Notes: generated by a model not told the origin, from the sequence alone. DNA of 63,258 bases, filler included, from Gonapodya sp. JEL0774 (GCA_027604505.1; 23 parts of 23 records of this genome joined end to end with filler, not necessarily neighbours in it), one strand, 5' to 3'; positions 1-14,327 are shown, counted from the whole stretch's first letter. Translations and numbers: made by a program.

Positions 1-2665
1 CCCACTCCCAATATGTAGTAGAATGTTTTTTGTGAGGGGGCAAGTACAGTTACCCCTGTGAAAAGAGGGGTTTTTGGGGCATTAGATCGGTGTCAGGGGG
101 GCCAATCTTGAATTCAAGCGCCGCGCAGCGAAAATTTTTCTGGGTATTTGAACTTGCAAAAAGGTCTTGAATTTACATTCTTTAACAGTTTTTGAGGTCT
201 CAACATGGTCATTCTGCTATAGCGAGGAACCTCCCAATTGTATACAAAAAGTGGTTGTTCCTACATGTATGATTGTGATAATCAATTTCATTACTGGCTA
301 TCTGTTGAACTCACCAAGTATTGAGACTGTAGGAGGACTACCTCAGTATCCAAGGAACAGGTTAGGAATGAGGCGGCAAATAATATGATATTACACCTCC
401 AATAGATCTGAAATTTGCTATCAGAGCCCTTTGTACAAGACTGTGGCACCACCAAACCATTGGCAGTTCTGCAAACAGACTGTGGCTGATTAAGGAAATG
501 TAGCAGCCCAGAACATACACCATCATAGAAGATAGAACTAGACCAGGACTGTAAAGTAGCATCACACTTTCAAGTGGACCTGCTGGAACAAGTTACCAAC
601 CTCAGTGCATTTATTAACAGCCAACTGGCTCTATGACACAGTGTGTCACCTTTGGTGACATTTGTCAGCATACCGCTAGGTTGGTGGTGGTGGTGTAGGG
701 ATTAGTCACATGATTAGGGTTTTGTGGCACAGCGCCCACTGGGTGATCCTACTGTGAGGGTTTTAGTTTCTCTAGGTTTGTTTGACTTCACACTGTCATA
801 GGTAGGATGTGAGCTGTTCGTATTGTTTTCCTTCTATTCACATTCCATCATAGCCTATCTCATTTGGTTCCCTGACGTGATCCCTGGGCGGGTCACACAG
901 TGCATGTGACAAGAAACAGAGTACTGCAGCTCAAACGTAAACAAGCTGTGTAGATCTTGCAATGTCAGGTACACAGCCAGGTTGAGGAAAATTGTGGTTA
1001 ATATCAGGATTTGGAATGTTTGGTGTTTACACCAGGAAACATTAAGGTACTCAGCTGTTATGGAACACTCCAAGTATTGTCATTTGTATTAGTCTTAAAA
1101 TCCTTACATTGTAATTCATCAGCAAAACAAGCCAGCCTAAGGTTTGACACAAACTAAAGCTATCTGCAGCTCACGTTGCTTCTAGTTCCTTCCTCCTTGA
1201 AGCTTAGTCTGCCTGTCTCTGGCCTGTTCTCCTCTTTCCCAGGGTTTCCACCAGCAAGCATTCAACTTCATTTGCTTGGGTTAAATCTACCTGACATCTC
1301 AGTCTTATAGTGTAACTGTAATGGTTCTGTGAGCCAGGGTGAAAATTGTCTTATGGAGAAACTTCTGTATTTAGTACAGGTGTAGCTGTTAAACCATGCT
1401 TTGGTTGAACCTAGTGTCACAGTCACACATCAGTCTGAGTCTGGTTCCAACAGCGAGACCTTGACTCTTGCAGCAGCTGCATGGTGTATTATTGTGTGTG
1501 TCAAACAAGAAATTTAAGCAACTGACTGTGAACTGATATCATTTGCTTGTTTGCACTCTGAGCATTTATCAAGTCATGGGATATGGGAGTAGTTATACAG
1601 TGAGCCTTGTAAGATGGGCAGAAGCTTTGATATTGTTAGACGATTCTCTGTGATTCAAATCTATTGACTAACTAACTGCAACACTCAACCTGACCTGGCT
1701 CTCATACACAGTCTCACTTAGACAATGTTGTACTGCAGTAGTAGAGATGGAACCAAAGTATATTACAAGTAGGCAATAGGATTTAAATGTGTTTATTTTG
1801 CTAGTGACAAGGACTAATTAGCTGGAGCCCAGAGGTGGGCCTCATGCACTTACTACCAGAGACAGCTTGACACAGCAACCAAGGCACCTTGAGGATTAAC
1901 TTCATCTCCATCACCACACAGTCTGTGCCTGAGGCCTCAATTGGGTACCTGTTTGACCAACCTACCACATTTTATTCATTTGATGGAAGTGAACACCACA
2001 GTAAGTCAGCAGTTTGTGGCAAACCCTATAGAAATTGAGTACACAAAACATACTCCACCTCATGCTCTATTAAATTAACTCTGTATACTATTCACAAGGG
2101 TTTAAGATATGTTAAACAGTGTCTTACATGATGAGACTGCTTGCAAAGAGCCCTTACCACTCAGACAGCCAGTCTACCTCAACCTTTAATGAAAATCCCC
2201 ATCAAGGCAGAAAACGTGGTTGGAAACACTAAAAGGCCCTTGAGATTTGATATTAGGACATATTGGATATTAATTATAATGTCCAAGTCAATGTAAAAGT
2301 TCAATCTGATGATTCTCTCATAATGCATGCCCCCAATGCTTCACTTTTGTCAGTGCATCTTAGATGGCTATGGAAGCATTGGGTTAGATTATTCACCAAA
2401 AAGACGCTCTGCCATCATGAAATACACTAGAAGAGAAAGTGCTTGAACCATCTCTGTGTTTCAATTGTGAAAGCCTCTTGAATCTGTTGCACTGTTTTTA
2501 CTGTGAACGTTCCTGTTTCAAATTGATAATCAGTGATAGTGGTTCTTTAGTGAAGAGAAGATTGTGGATAATGGGGATAAGGCCCCGCTTGCACAGAAGT
2601 AGCAGGTAGATGTCAATGTGGTAACAGTTTGCATACTAGTAGGGGGAAGCACAGAAAAGCCAGAA
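1..2665. repeat. Degenerate, CpG-depleted repeat/transposon relic of unassigned family
   Basis: No ORF over about 75 aa, no exon/intron pattern. CG is scarce and TG/CA abundant, as in the Copia contig and unlike the gene-bearing contigs. Confidence 0.4.
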
Positions 2666-2765
2666 NNNNNNNNNNNNNNNNNNNNNNNNNNNNNNNNNNN
2701 NNNNNNNNNTTAATTAATTAANNNNNNNNNNNNNNNNNNNNNNNNNNNNNNNNNNNNNNNNNNNN
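2666..2765. other. Artificial contig linker (first of 22 identical 100-nt N44-TTAATTAATTAA-N44 spacers)
   Basis: Identical spacer about every 2.75 kb. The core gives stops in all six frames and contig lengths fall steadily from 2665 to about 2642. Confidence 0.97.
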
Positions 2766-5700
2766 CCACTCTCCGAGTGTCGTCTACCGTTCCCACACTC
2801 CACTCGTGTGTCCATGTTCTGAGGCTTCGCCTACCACCTTGCTTTGCTCTCTTGACGCCAGGTTGAGTCTTTGCTGCTGCGGTATCCGACCCATCACCCT
2901 GGTTCGCGGTGCGTGGTGGTCAACAAGAGTATCTGGGTTCCAAGCGTCCCTTGGCGAATCCGCCAATGTACCACTCTCGCAGCGTCTGCGGGGAGCATGC
3001 CAACTGGTGTGCACCTGACCGCGATTGCAATTCGCGGCTCGGAAAAAAATGAAGTTCCAGTGGGACGGACGGAGGTGGTCATGCGGTGGGAGAAAGACGG
3101 CACAGAGACGAAAATCACGGTGTATTCTCTTTTATGCCCGGCAGGTTCCACAAGGTTTTGCGAGAGAAGCTCGGAAAAAGAAGATACTTGATGTCCGAGC
3201 ATACTTTTCCTTTCTTGTTCCGTCACTGTACCCTGCATGTACTACCCGTTCAGTGACGGACAAGAATCGGACAGTATGACGAATCCACATTACATACATC
3301 ACTGTACTATAACGACATAATTCAGACTTGGCAGACATGTATGGGGACAGACGTGTTGCATTCATCGAGAATGCTGGAATTTGCGTGAACAGCACTGCAT
3401 CCCTGCTGTCCAACACGGCCTAAAGCTTTCGTCCTCTGTCTGTCTTTCACATCGGATAGTTCACCAATCACACGGTCGCCGTGATATACATGTGCTTCGT
3501 TTTCTTGGATGGGCTCAGTGTGTATTTCTGACGCAAACCGGCAGCTATCCCCCCAATCGCTTCCGTTTTCATTACATCTACCAATAGTAAAACGGTACGA
3601 CCCCTTATTGGAAACCGAACCCTGCTCTGCTCCCGCATCTCCTTTTCGAAGCTCGATGCTCGAAGCTCCGAGTGCATCCTCTCTCCGATACATATCGCTA
3701 TCCCTCCAGCTGGCCCTCCGGTCATCATCACCATTCTGACACGTCTCATCAAACGGTAACCGAAATCACACGGACTGCGAAAAAGGTTGGAGCCTGCGCT
3801 CGGCCTGCTCAGGCCTAGTCCATATCGGGCGTCTTGCAGTTGTACGAGTATGGCCTTGGCCTCGCACCCATCACGCATCCCCTCACGGGTCTCAGGTACG
3901 TAAACATAAGCAATAATATGAAAACCACGTGGTCCAGGGTCCCGGCGGTACAAGACGTGGTCGCATTGGTGGGTCAGGGGCGCCGGTGGCGGGCCGTACT
4001 GGTGAGTGGTGACCGGTCACCATTCATCGGTGCCCGGTAGCCGGTGTGTGAAAGATGCAAAAGCAAAAGGCATGTACTGCGGTTACGTAGCTAGGTTTTA
4101 TTGTAATCGAATCGCAATGTTCCGTGAGTGTGTGTGTGGGTCCCCCCAGTCCACCACCGACGCGATCTTCTCTCCGAGACAAATAAATTCCTCCCGTTCC
4201 TCGATAAAAGCCCATTTCAGATCTGGTCCTCCTACATGCATAACATAATACGTGTTTCAACGCGTGTACCTTTTGTTCCGCCACAGGCCCATGTGCGGCG
4301 GTGCTTGTTGTCTTGGCGCGACCACACCTCTCGTGACCTGAGCCCGCCCATTCACACGGCATAAAACGTCTGCACTCGCATTCATCTTCATCACCTGCAT
4401 ACTCGGAACTCTGATTCACTGATGGACACTCGACCGCTTCCGCCTGGTCCGTTTCTGCGTTCCCTTCCCCCTTAACCAATTCCTTTCATCCCACTCAACT
4501 CCACCGTGTTCTTTCTTCCCTCCCACACACCAGGTTGGATCTCCCAGTACGATTCCGCGTCGGGTCGGTGAGTCTCCTCCTCTCCTGCTCATGGTCTAAT
4601 TCCATCCATGGCACGACTCAGCACTTCTCCCTCCTTCCCTGTTTCTCCGTTCCCCTCCATGCGGTGTGCATGCATCCCCCGACCCGTCCACTCGTTCGTT
4701 GGGGTTAGATACTTCTTTGGTGAGTCTGGTCGCCAGTCTGTCTGGTTGGTTGTGGATGTGATGTGTGGAACCGGGCCGAACGGGGTCAGGTCCGCCGGTC
4801 GAGCTCTCCCCGTTGAGGGAATCGCCTTCCACCGGCCCATTTCATTCGCACATGCTGTCTTGACCATGCCCGAGGGAAGGATGAAACCTCAATCCTCACC
4901 CCGCCGACTTCGCCCACCTCTCTCCACTCCCCACCCACGTGCACCTTCACCTTCACCTTCCACACCCCCTCAACCCACCCTCTACCCTCCATCCTCCCAC
5001 GACTCGTTTCGAATCTCAATTCTCAGTCAATACCCCCTCGGGCCACACCACTTGGGTACGTATCCGATCTGCCAGCCTGCCTTACGACCCTACCATCCGT
5101 CGCCCGTCTCCCTCGTTTTCGCTCTTGTTCGCCTTGCTCTGACCCTCATTCCCCCTACCCTCCACTTTGATTTCCCCATTCCCCCCACCCTTCGCTCCCA
5201 CACACGAACGAAACCCCCCGGCACCCCCCCCCCCCTGACACGCCCAACACACAGCACCAAGAGAAACCCCACACAGCCCCAAAACCCACCCAAAANNNNN
5301 NNNNNNNNNNNNNNNNNNNGACCGACCCCCGCGGCCCCCCACCCCCTGTCTACTCCCCACCTCCTCCGCCCCCCGTCATCGTCCAGTCCGCCCCTCCTCC
5401 TCCCGTGATCGTCCAAGCCGCGCCACCTCCNNNNNNNNNNNNNNNNNNNNNNNNNNNNNNNNNNNNNNNNNNNNTTAATTAATTAANNNNNNNNNNNNNN
5501 NNNNNNNNNNNNNNNNNNNNNNNNNNNNNNCAATCGGACCGCCTGATTGGATTGAGGAAAGGAAGATAGGATCGTGAGACGTAAGATCACACTTGCCATG
5601 TTGCTACTATTCCACAATCACCTGTGTAAAGAGCATATCCAAATAACTGGGGCGCGCCCACCGTGAAGGCAACTGCAAAACGGAAGAAGATGGTCTCTTG

Positions 5701-6584
5701 CGTGAGGGTTCCGACAGAGGAAGGCCATGACTCACTTGTCGAGAACGAGGCAGCGAAGTTCTCGAAAACACCAAGCGCTCGAGAAAAGCTTGCAATACCA
5801 ATGTAGAACATCGTATAAGGCCGAGCGGAACGGATACACCGTCCTTGCCGAAGACCCACCTTTGTCGACTTGGGTTGTCAGATTGTCCATCGGTATTTCA
5901 GAGCAGGCCAAGTGGATCGGTTGAGTTGTCCCAGTAATCTGCCTGCGCAGCTCCGATTCCGCCAATCTTAACTCACTATCCCAGCTTTGCCAGGGCGAGC
6001 GCATCGTGGTCGATTTCCGAGTCCCGCATCCTTGAAACCTTGAAAGCGCGCCGGGAAAGAAGATCCGTTTGGAAATGTGATGAGAAGGGATTCCGGATGT
6101 CCGACGGGGACTGATTGCTGCTTTCGATTGAGAAAACGAAAGGCTCCAACTCCTTGTGGGTCTGCCACACCAGAATTTTTTCATTACACAGAGGGTGGGC
6201 CTGTGCCAGGGATCAATCGATCTCGCCCGAAATCCTGAAATGGGAAGACAAACGCGCAGAAACGTAACTATCAAAAGAGAAACTATCAAGATAAAGCAGT
6301 CTCGGGCTACTGTGACTGAGCACGCAGAGGGCCGAAGACTCATTATAGTCTCCCCATACTCCGCCATTATCCTCAGGAAACCTGACAGTTCATACATACA
6401 TCAATATCAATGACTCATCGCCAGACATTGAGAATGACGATTGCACACATTGGGACATGATTATGTAATATTATCCACCAAAAATTCGAGGGCACCTGCC
6501 CACAAGTTACATGGAAATAATGTACTGTAAACAACTTTGACAAATGCTCTCCACTCCCTCCCACGAGTTTGAAGACTTGAGAAT

Positions 6585-8194
6585 CTAAACCGGCTCCGCG
6601 CCAACGGCCTCCGTCTTTGTGTCTCCCTTGAGCTGCTTTTCCAACTCTTCCGCTTCTTCCAGAGAGATGAGACGCTGGGGTCCTGATGGTTGACCAAAAG
6701 TCACGATGACACAACAGGATAGGTCGCGGTTCAGAGAAATAGATCGTAGTTCGAGATATTAGTAGCCGCATAGGAGTGAGAGGTCAAGAACAGGAGCCGA
6801 ACCTTTGAACCAGTTCTTCCCGTTTGCGAACCACGTGGTAATGGAAATCAATGTCACTGCACCAATAATGATTGGAGCATACTTTTTGGGGAGTGGAGGA
6901 AATGCGAGGTCGGTTGCAGGCTATCTCTGATCCTCCGGGTACCGAAGTAATCATGTAGTACACTCACGTTAAGGTTGTTGGCATCAACCGGGTAGAGTTG
7001 GGGGAGGCACAAGCAGATAAAGAGCAAGGAGATCCAAGTAATGGCAACCATGCCCAGGGGGCGACCGACCTTTCCCAGGTGCCACTCTCCAGGTTTGAAG
7101 TCAGCGCCTGCAATGAAAACGCGACCGAAAATACTGTAGTGAACGTGGAAATATTAGCGATAGTGTCATAGAGGACAAACTTTCTTGATCGTGCGACACT
7201 CACGGAATGGCGTAACTGGTGTCAACAGCCACACTTTCGCGTGTACGGTCCAAGCACGCGCGCGGTCAATGAGATGTGAGCAAAATTGCAGATTTTCGTC
7301 GTACATTTTAACTTGTGAACTTACGTAGCAGAGCTCGCCAATGCCTGGAACGCAACTGTAGATCCCAAGATGGGCAGTGAAAGAACAATACCGAGAATGG
7401 TGATGGTGTAAACGCAACGATTTGGAAGCTTGTTGGGGCCCATGTGGTGGAGGAACGTTGAACCGGGAAGAACACCATCACGGGAGACAGCTTCGAATAA
7501 TGGTGCCAACGTTGAAGTGAAACACCGAAATCAATTAGAACGCAATCTCTGATAAACTCACCGTAAGTGATCCGGGAGCCAGACATCATGCAAGCTGCTG
7601 TGCAGTTGAGAGTGACGATGTACATGAGCACGAGCATGACAATAGCCCCTGTGTCGCCGAGGTTCTGTGAAAGCCGTGGTGAGACTTCCGTTCCCTGTTT
7701 CCCACTGTAAGTGTCATCTTACCTGAACAAGGAATGACGCAATGGGTACGGGGTAGTTGTACGCGACTGCAACATTTGAAGGTGATTCATCAGTACTGGT
7801 CAAGAAAGTTGTCGTAACATTAGTGCCACTAACTGATATCATCGAGGTCCTGGACTATCAAACATTCAGGGAATGTGAGCGATAGAATTTGACGGGAGTT
7901 CTCGTTTAAGACTTACCGCAAGCAAGCAAACAGATGACTAGTGGGAACGAGAAAACCAGGGACATTGCTACGGAGCCCCACACTGTAACATGAAAGGATA
8001 TTGATCAAGATCTAGAAACAATAGAGTCCCTCCTTGAAAGCACTCACTTCCACGGGCGGCAGTACGGGAAGCGTTGGTGGTCTCCTCGGCTGCATTAGCG
8101 GGGCATTGTTGAAGTACTGGGTTGGGACAAACTCATGAACATTCACAACACAGATAATTCTCACCAACATGGGCACTGGCATCGTATCCATAGA
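6585..8194 (-). CDS. APC-superfamily amino acid/GABA/polyamine permease (UGA4/TPO5-like), multi-exon, 5' truncated
   Basis: Spliced translation gives YGYDASAHV|AEETTNASRTAARG, SGSRITY|AVSRDGVLPGS, LPQLYPVDANNLN, YAPIIIGAV...WFK|GPQR, with TAG at 6585-6587. Confidence 0.88.
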
Positions 8195-8688
8195 NNNNNN
8201 NNNNNNNNNNNNNNNNNNNNNNNNNNNNNNNNNNNNNNTTAATTAATTAANNNNNNNNNNNNNNNNNNNNNNNNNNNNNNNNNNNNNNNNNNNNTGGAAG
8301 TTACGGGCTCGTAACTTTTGTGCACAATTTTTTTGGGGCCAGTGTCATGTATTTTGAAATTAGCTGTAATCCGCGTCGCGTTAGCTGTTGATCTCCACGC
8401 AAACAAGCACGCTGATTCCTCTTATGACTTTCCGGCAATACCGTTTTGATGGCATTCCGAGTTCTGATTCACCGTACATAGTGCTGTCATTTTGGTGCGG
8501 ACTGTCTTCCAAAAACTAGGTCATTTGAACAAAGGAGGCTTGGGCTTGGAATAATGATATGAGATTCGAACGATGGCTTTCGTTATGTTACCATGAACAT
8601 GTTCCCTGCACAGATTTACAAATGTTTCACCCAGTGAAACGATGAAGTGTGCACGAGACCACGAAATGCCCCCAAGCCACCACTACTG

Positions 8689-10958
8689 ATGGACACATCA
8701 GGCCTGTCAAAGAAGCCCGACGCAGGCTCGGGATCAGACGATGGAGACGCGCTCCCTGTCTCAAGCTTTCAATCGCTCCAGGCGGAGGCCGAGAACCTGT
8801 TCAAACTAGGCGAATTCCCAAAGTCGATCGAGGCCTTCTCAAAGGTATTGTGCGCGAAGAACACCATTGCACGGGATCAATTACTCACGCTTAACCTTGA
8901 TTACGTGGGGTCGTGACCTTCACGAAACCAATCGGCTCTCGGTGGCTATCGATTGTTGCACAAGGCTCTCGAACTCCGACCCGGAGACAAGGCGACACTC
9001 GTAGCCAGGTCGCGATGCTTTCTCCAGATAGGTGACTCGCAAAAGGCTCTGGAAGATGCGGAGGAGACGCTCAAAGATCAGCCTGATTTCTTCAAGGTGA
9101 AGTTTCTCACTGATCCATGGATGAGAGTTAGCCGACCTGACTCGAATTCGTCGCAGGGTATCTACCACAAAGCTGAAGCACTGTACGCCAAGGGTGACTT
9201 TGAGCTCGCTCTTGTGTACTACCACCGAGGAAGCCGATTGAGACCTGAGTCTTCGGATTTCCGACTTGGAATACAAAAGGCTCGTGAAGCAATCAACAAC
9301 GCAATAGGGCGTAAGCTGCCGGTAATTCTAGCTCAATCTCGTTATTTGGTAACTGAAATCCGCCTAACGTTCTTCCAGAACCCGATGTGCAACGTCCGTT
9401 CGAATCCAAAAAGACAAGCACACCTGCGTCTGCCCATCATCGTGACAGTGCCGCATGGGTCCTCAACTACGAGAACGGCAACAAACACGCCCTTTTGTCG
9501 CCGTCTGATGCATTGACCACTGGTGGAAAGTCATTTGGCTCACGATACGGTGGTGCGATGGACCACGGAAAGAAATCGGCGGTCGACAACAGCTCGGCGT
9601 CCCGCCCACTTTCGGGATCGTCGTCAGCGGCGAGAAGTGTGTCAGCAGATCCAAGGATAAGCTATAATCAAAAATCTGGTCGTCTGCTTCTCGGCGAGTT
9701 GAGTGAAGACAGGGAATATCTTGAAGCTTTCATAAACGACAAAGGTCTGTACCAAATTGTTTTATCCGCATGGTTCAGTCGGCTCATTGATCGTATACTT
9801 CGTTCAGACTTCCTCCACCATCCCAACCCTGCAATCACCGATTTGGTCCGTCAAGGCATCCACTATCTGGATCAACGATTGGAATTTTGGAGGCAGGAGA
9901 GGCCGTTGTATGCTAGAACTGACAAGGGGCAGATTAGGGAAGCGGCAAGATTGCGGAGGAGGGAGGCGGAGGGAATCAGACAGAAGGTGGGTTGTGTTAG
10001 GGTATGAGCCGCTCTGTCCAGAGACACCAAGTGATACTGACATGTCCTATTGGGCGGACAGGCTCTCGCCGCAAAAGAACGCGAAGGAAAAAAAGTCATT
10101 GCGGAGGAAACTCAAATGGCAAAACTTGGCTTGCTTGGCCCGAAGCAAATGAATCCGAAAGAAGGAAGTGGACGAGCCCAAAATAGGGACCTGCCGAAAC
10201 TGCCAAGGACGATTCTTGTAAGGTACAATTTTCTCGATTTTGAGCACGTCGTGATGAACGAGTGACGGATGACGATCACCCCCTTAAGGCAACCCACGAC
10301 TGCCAAACTTCAGACTACTCACGAAAAGTTTGTCGAATCAACACTTCAAGGCATCTCTACTGCTCTCCACGAAGAAAACTACACTCTTGCACTTAATATG
10401 TCCGAGACCTTCTGTGCAGAGCTAGCCGATCTCCACCAGGTTGCAGACAGAGACGAAGTTATGTGCGAGGTGTACGAGAACGCAGCGGAGGCATTAATGG
10501 GTTTGGGAAAACCAAGGGAGGCGCTTAAATATCTCGAGAAAGGTATGATATCATTTTCAAATCCCTCGCGACGTTCACCGATCAGATGACCGGTGTCTTT
10601 GATCAGAGCTTGAACTTGGCAACCAAAAGGGCTTTGTTGCGATACTACCCCGAGCCTTGGGGTCACTCGGCCGCGTCCACGTCAGCCTCCAGCAATTTGA
10701 GAATGCTATTTCATACTGGTCAGTCAAACTCGCAGGCACGGCAAAAGATAATGCAGATCGGCTGTGGCTCCTCCACGATTTGGCAAGGTGTCACCTCGAA
10801 ACGGGAAATGTAGCGAAGTGTGTGGAATTGGCAACGATGTGCCAGGAAGAAGGAAGGATCAAGGGGATTAGCGAGGCAGGGCAGTGGATTGTAAATGCAG
10901 GGGTCGTGAGGGGTAGAGCTTACGGTGAGTGCATTAACCGACAAACCCGACGCCGTCG
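8689..10958 (+). CDS. ODAD4: Outer dynein arm docking complex subunit 4 (TPR protein TTC25), multi-exon, 3' truncated
   Basis: LVARSRCFLQIGDSQKALEDAE, GIYHKAEALYAKGDFELALVYYHRG...FRLGIQKAREAINNAIG, LLGELSEDREYLE and GIHYLDQRLEFWRQERPLYAR match conserved TTC25 blocks. Confidence 0.9.
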
Positions 10959-11058
10959 NNNNNNNNNNNNNNNNNNNNNNNNNNNNNNNNNNNNNNNNNN
11001 NNTTAATTAATTAANNNNNNNNNNNNNNNNNNNNNNNNNNNNNNNNNNNNNNNNNNNN

Positions 11059-11910
11059 TTTTCATCCGACTCTCCTTCCTCACTTCTTCTCGATCAAAAT
11101 GTACTGGAGTTAGAAGGACTTGCTTGGCCCGACAACATGCACGTCCCTGATGCAGCCCGGAGCTTTGTAGATCGCATCTTGGACCCCATCAATGGTCGAT
11201 CTTTGACACCAGAAATTTTGATTCTGGATCCGTGGTTCGATGAAGTGCGAGAGACTTTGTCACTGGGCTTGTCTGCCGTCGGCACGTCTCAGACCCCTCC
11301 TGCGCTCCCTATCGTGATCCAGTGCGCCGAAGCACTCACACACAGAAACACCGAAATACAAGCTGAAGCGGTATCGTCCATACTTGGCGTAGTGTGGCCC
11401 CACATCGGAATGTCTGCCGAATCTCGTAGTGCAATGTTTGGGTCCCACGCACCTGGTCCCGGAACCGAGGGGGTGGCCACCGCAGCGAGGAGGCCCACTC
11501 TTTATAGGAAAGTAGACTCGGGTGTTGAGATTGTTGGACGTGAGAAACCATCTCCGGCTCGTCGGACAACGCCGATCACCAGCGTGCAAATCGCGGATGT
11601 GACAAGTGGCGACCGTGGGTTGTCGTACTGCACTACTCTCGATACTACCCCCACGTCACTATACATCGACACTACTGTGGAGTCGACACTGGCTTATAAA
11701 TATGATCAAGTGGTGTGGAAAGATCCTAAATGCATGACCGCTGATGGCAGATCAACGACCAATGTAACACACGATAACGTGAACCGATCTTCGAGTGATC
11801 GGGATCCATTGATCACTGCAGCAGACACGACAGGGACGAGACGAACTCGTGGGTTTGTAAAAAGAGTTACTGCAACGGTGAAAAAGGCGTTTCGGACGAA
11901 AGCAGTGTGA
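11059..11910 (+). CDS. C-terminal part of a probable protein kinase (subdomains X-XI plus low-complexity tail)
   Basis: The frame is open from the contig start. LAWPDNMHVPDAARSFVDRIL...RSLTPEILILDPWF resembles the end of a kinase C-lobe; catalytic motifs lie outside the contig. Confidence 0.5.
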   Translation, partial: FSSDSPSSLLLDQNVLELEGLAWPDNMHVPDAARSFVDRILDPINGRSLTPEILILDPWFDEVRETLSLGLSAVGTSQTPPALPIVIQCAEALTHRNTEIQAEAVSSILGVVWPHIGMSAESRSAMFGSHAPGPGTEGVATAARRPTLYRKVDSGVEIVGREKPSPARRTTPITSVQIADVTSGDRGLSYCTTLDTTPTSLYIDTTVESTLAYKYDQVVWKDPKCMTADGRSTTNVTHDNVNRSSSDRDPLITAADTTGTRRTRGFVKRVTATVKKAFRTKAV

Positions 11911-12207
11911 CAATGTTTACCATCTCACCAGGGCAGATTTGATGAAGATAATCTAGTTTTGCGGATCGGTCATTGCCAGTTAACCATCAGTTAGATATCA
12001 TAGCATCCTAGTTGTAATTTTGGTGTAACAATCATTCCGAGTTCCGTTCATATATCATTCCCAAGATCAAAGATTTGTGCAGGAGAAACCTTTCATCCCT
12101 CGCGATCAAATATCTTCCCTCTGTCAAGTTCAATATATTAGGGTATAATAGTCAGTACGAGATTAAGCACCGTCAACTCAATCCTTGAGTATCACTTTCG
12201 CAGTCAT

Positions 12208-13650
12208 TCAAAACAGAACCCTCAACCTGTCCCACTCGCCGGGCCTATCCGACGCATACGGGTTCTGGTTCGCATTCATCCCTCCGCTTCTGTTCGGTCC
12301 CGCAGATTTCGGCCTCTGCGTACCGGAACCGGCTTGTTCGGTACGACGTTTCGGCGAAGCTGAACGAGAGCGCTGGTTTGTAGCGTTTCTAAGACGGGTT
12401 TGTGTCATCAACAGATCCATGTTACTGTTTGCTCAAATTCAAGGACGATTTGCAGCAAGCCCGTACTCACCTCTTGCCTATCACAGCCCTCATCAACTTA
12501 GCTACCTGCACATCCTTCGCTTCGAGCTGCTGTTTCAAAGTGGCGAGTTCGCGGCGTAGCTGAGCCTCGTCATTTGACTGAGCGGAAGGTTTAGACTGAG
12601 ATTGCGGCTGCGACATGTTCTGCTGCTTCTGCGGGGCGGGGGTGGACATTTGCTTCGCCTGCTGAGACTGCTGCGCTTGCTGTTGCTTCTGGGGCATTTG
12701 CGGCTGCGCTGGAGCTGCCTTCGATGGAGCCTGAACTGTGTTTGCCATCTGCTGTTTGGGCCTTGGCTCACCGGGCATGGACGACTCCCCAAACAAGAAC
12801 TGCAATCCCCACAACCCGTCGTTGAGAGACGCCTGGTTGCCGTTTGCTTTCGTGGACGCCGAGAGCTGCGTCGACGTAGTCGCGGGCCTAACGGTGGTGG
12901 ACTGAGCCGACTGCGGGCGTACTTGCTGCTGTTGTTGGGGCTGCTGTTGGCGAGGCTGTTGCTGCTGGGCCCTACTATTCGCGGGTGATTGCTGGGGCTT
13001 TCGGGCATTACCCTTGGCCTGCATCCTCCTCCTCATACGAGCCTCACGGCGCACTTGAGAGCGGAACCGGAGATCAGATTTGCGAGTCGCGCTGGGCTTG
13101 GCCGTCTGAGGTACGATGATCAGTTACGAATCAGTTACCAGGAGCCAGGAAAGCTGAATCAAATGGAACGAGAAAATAAACCCACCTGCATCCATTTCAG
13201 GCCGGTCCTGAAGCCAGCCATGGATGAGATCAATTCCGGCCCAGAAGCGAACATGATGGCGAAATCGGCGGGGATAGGTCCTCCTGACACGGCCTGAGCG
13301 GATGGAGGGCGAGCCTGAGGTCGCTGTTGGGCCATCGCAGAGCGTGATTGCTGTTGCTGCTGTTGAGTCTGCTGGGGCTTCGACTGCACTTGGACCTGTG
13401 CACTCTGCGCCCTCGCCTGCTGCTGCTGCTGCTGGGGCATCGTTTGCTGTGGTTGCGCATTCCTCGCCTGCTGCTGCTGCTGTTGGGGAGCCGTACGAGC
13501 CAACTGGCCGTCTCGGGGCCCTTGCCTCTGCCTCAATGCACGTCGCTGCGCCTGCATGGCCTGTTGGCGAGTCATGGCACCCAGAGTACGAGCTCGCATA
13601 TTGCGGCGCTGGGTACGGGAGCGACGCTGCCTCTCTGAGCGGGAGGAGAG
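12208..13650 (-). CDS. Gln-rich, coiled-coil hypothetical protein (at least 3 exons; start uncertain)
   Basis: ORFs 13159-13599, 12467-13054 and 12208-12420 share polyQ/QP composition and are separated by GT-AG introns; coiled coil LRRELATLKQQLEAKD. Confidence 0.6.
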
Positions 13651-14327
13651 AGATTGAGCGGGTTTACGACTCGGGTTGGGTTTGGCGGACTTGGTATAGG
13701 GAGAAGTTGAGTAGTCGCATGNNNNNNNNNNNNNNNNNNNNNNNNNNNNNNNNNNNNNNNNNNNNTTAATTAATTAANNNNNNNNNNNNNNNNNNNNNNN
13801 NNNNNNNNNNNNNNNNNNNNNTTATTGTCGACGACCAAGGCATCTTCCCAAACCTTGTTGACATTATCCTTCCAGCAAACCGATTTCCATCTTTACGACA
13901 TCTTAAGCCGTTTACTGACCCATATCACTCATATTTCAACTCGGCGACTCCCCACTATCTTTTCCGTCTTGTGCGTCCAGTCCCATACGAGGTCCCCGAT
14001 CTCCCACCCGTCACACCGGTAGCCATCCCACTCACCCGGCCAATCACCCATACACCTCCCGAATTTGAATATTCGGATAATTTACACATCTCGACACTTG
14101 CTACGCACTTGAACGCCGACTCCCCGGTAACACAGACCCACAGTACAACGCTTATCCCTTTGTTTACTGCGAGTTCTTCTGTCTCAAATCAGCCTACGAC
14201 ACTCGTCCATACTTTCGATTCGAACACCATCAGGATCTAAACGGTCCTTTGCATCAACACGGCGAAACGTACAGAACAGGACCTCTCACCATCTTCGGCG
14301 CAAGCCCACACATCCCCAACCGCGGTT

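Noticed and set aside
1745..1775. KYIT-like peptide suggesting a Helitron Rep motif in the degenerate contig
   Set aside because: Four residues amid stop codons with no other Rep or helicase motifs; chance level.
2766..5430. Many 60-270 aa ORFs, including the Pro-rich 4608-5408
   Set aside because: Low-complexity C-rich sequence with an internal gap; no motif or consistent exon chain found.
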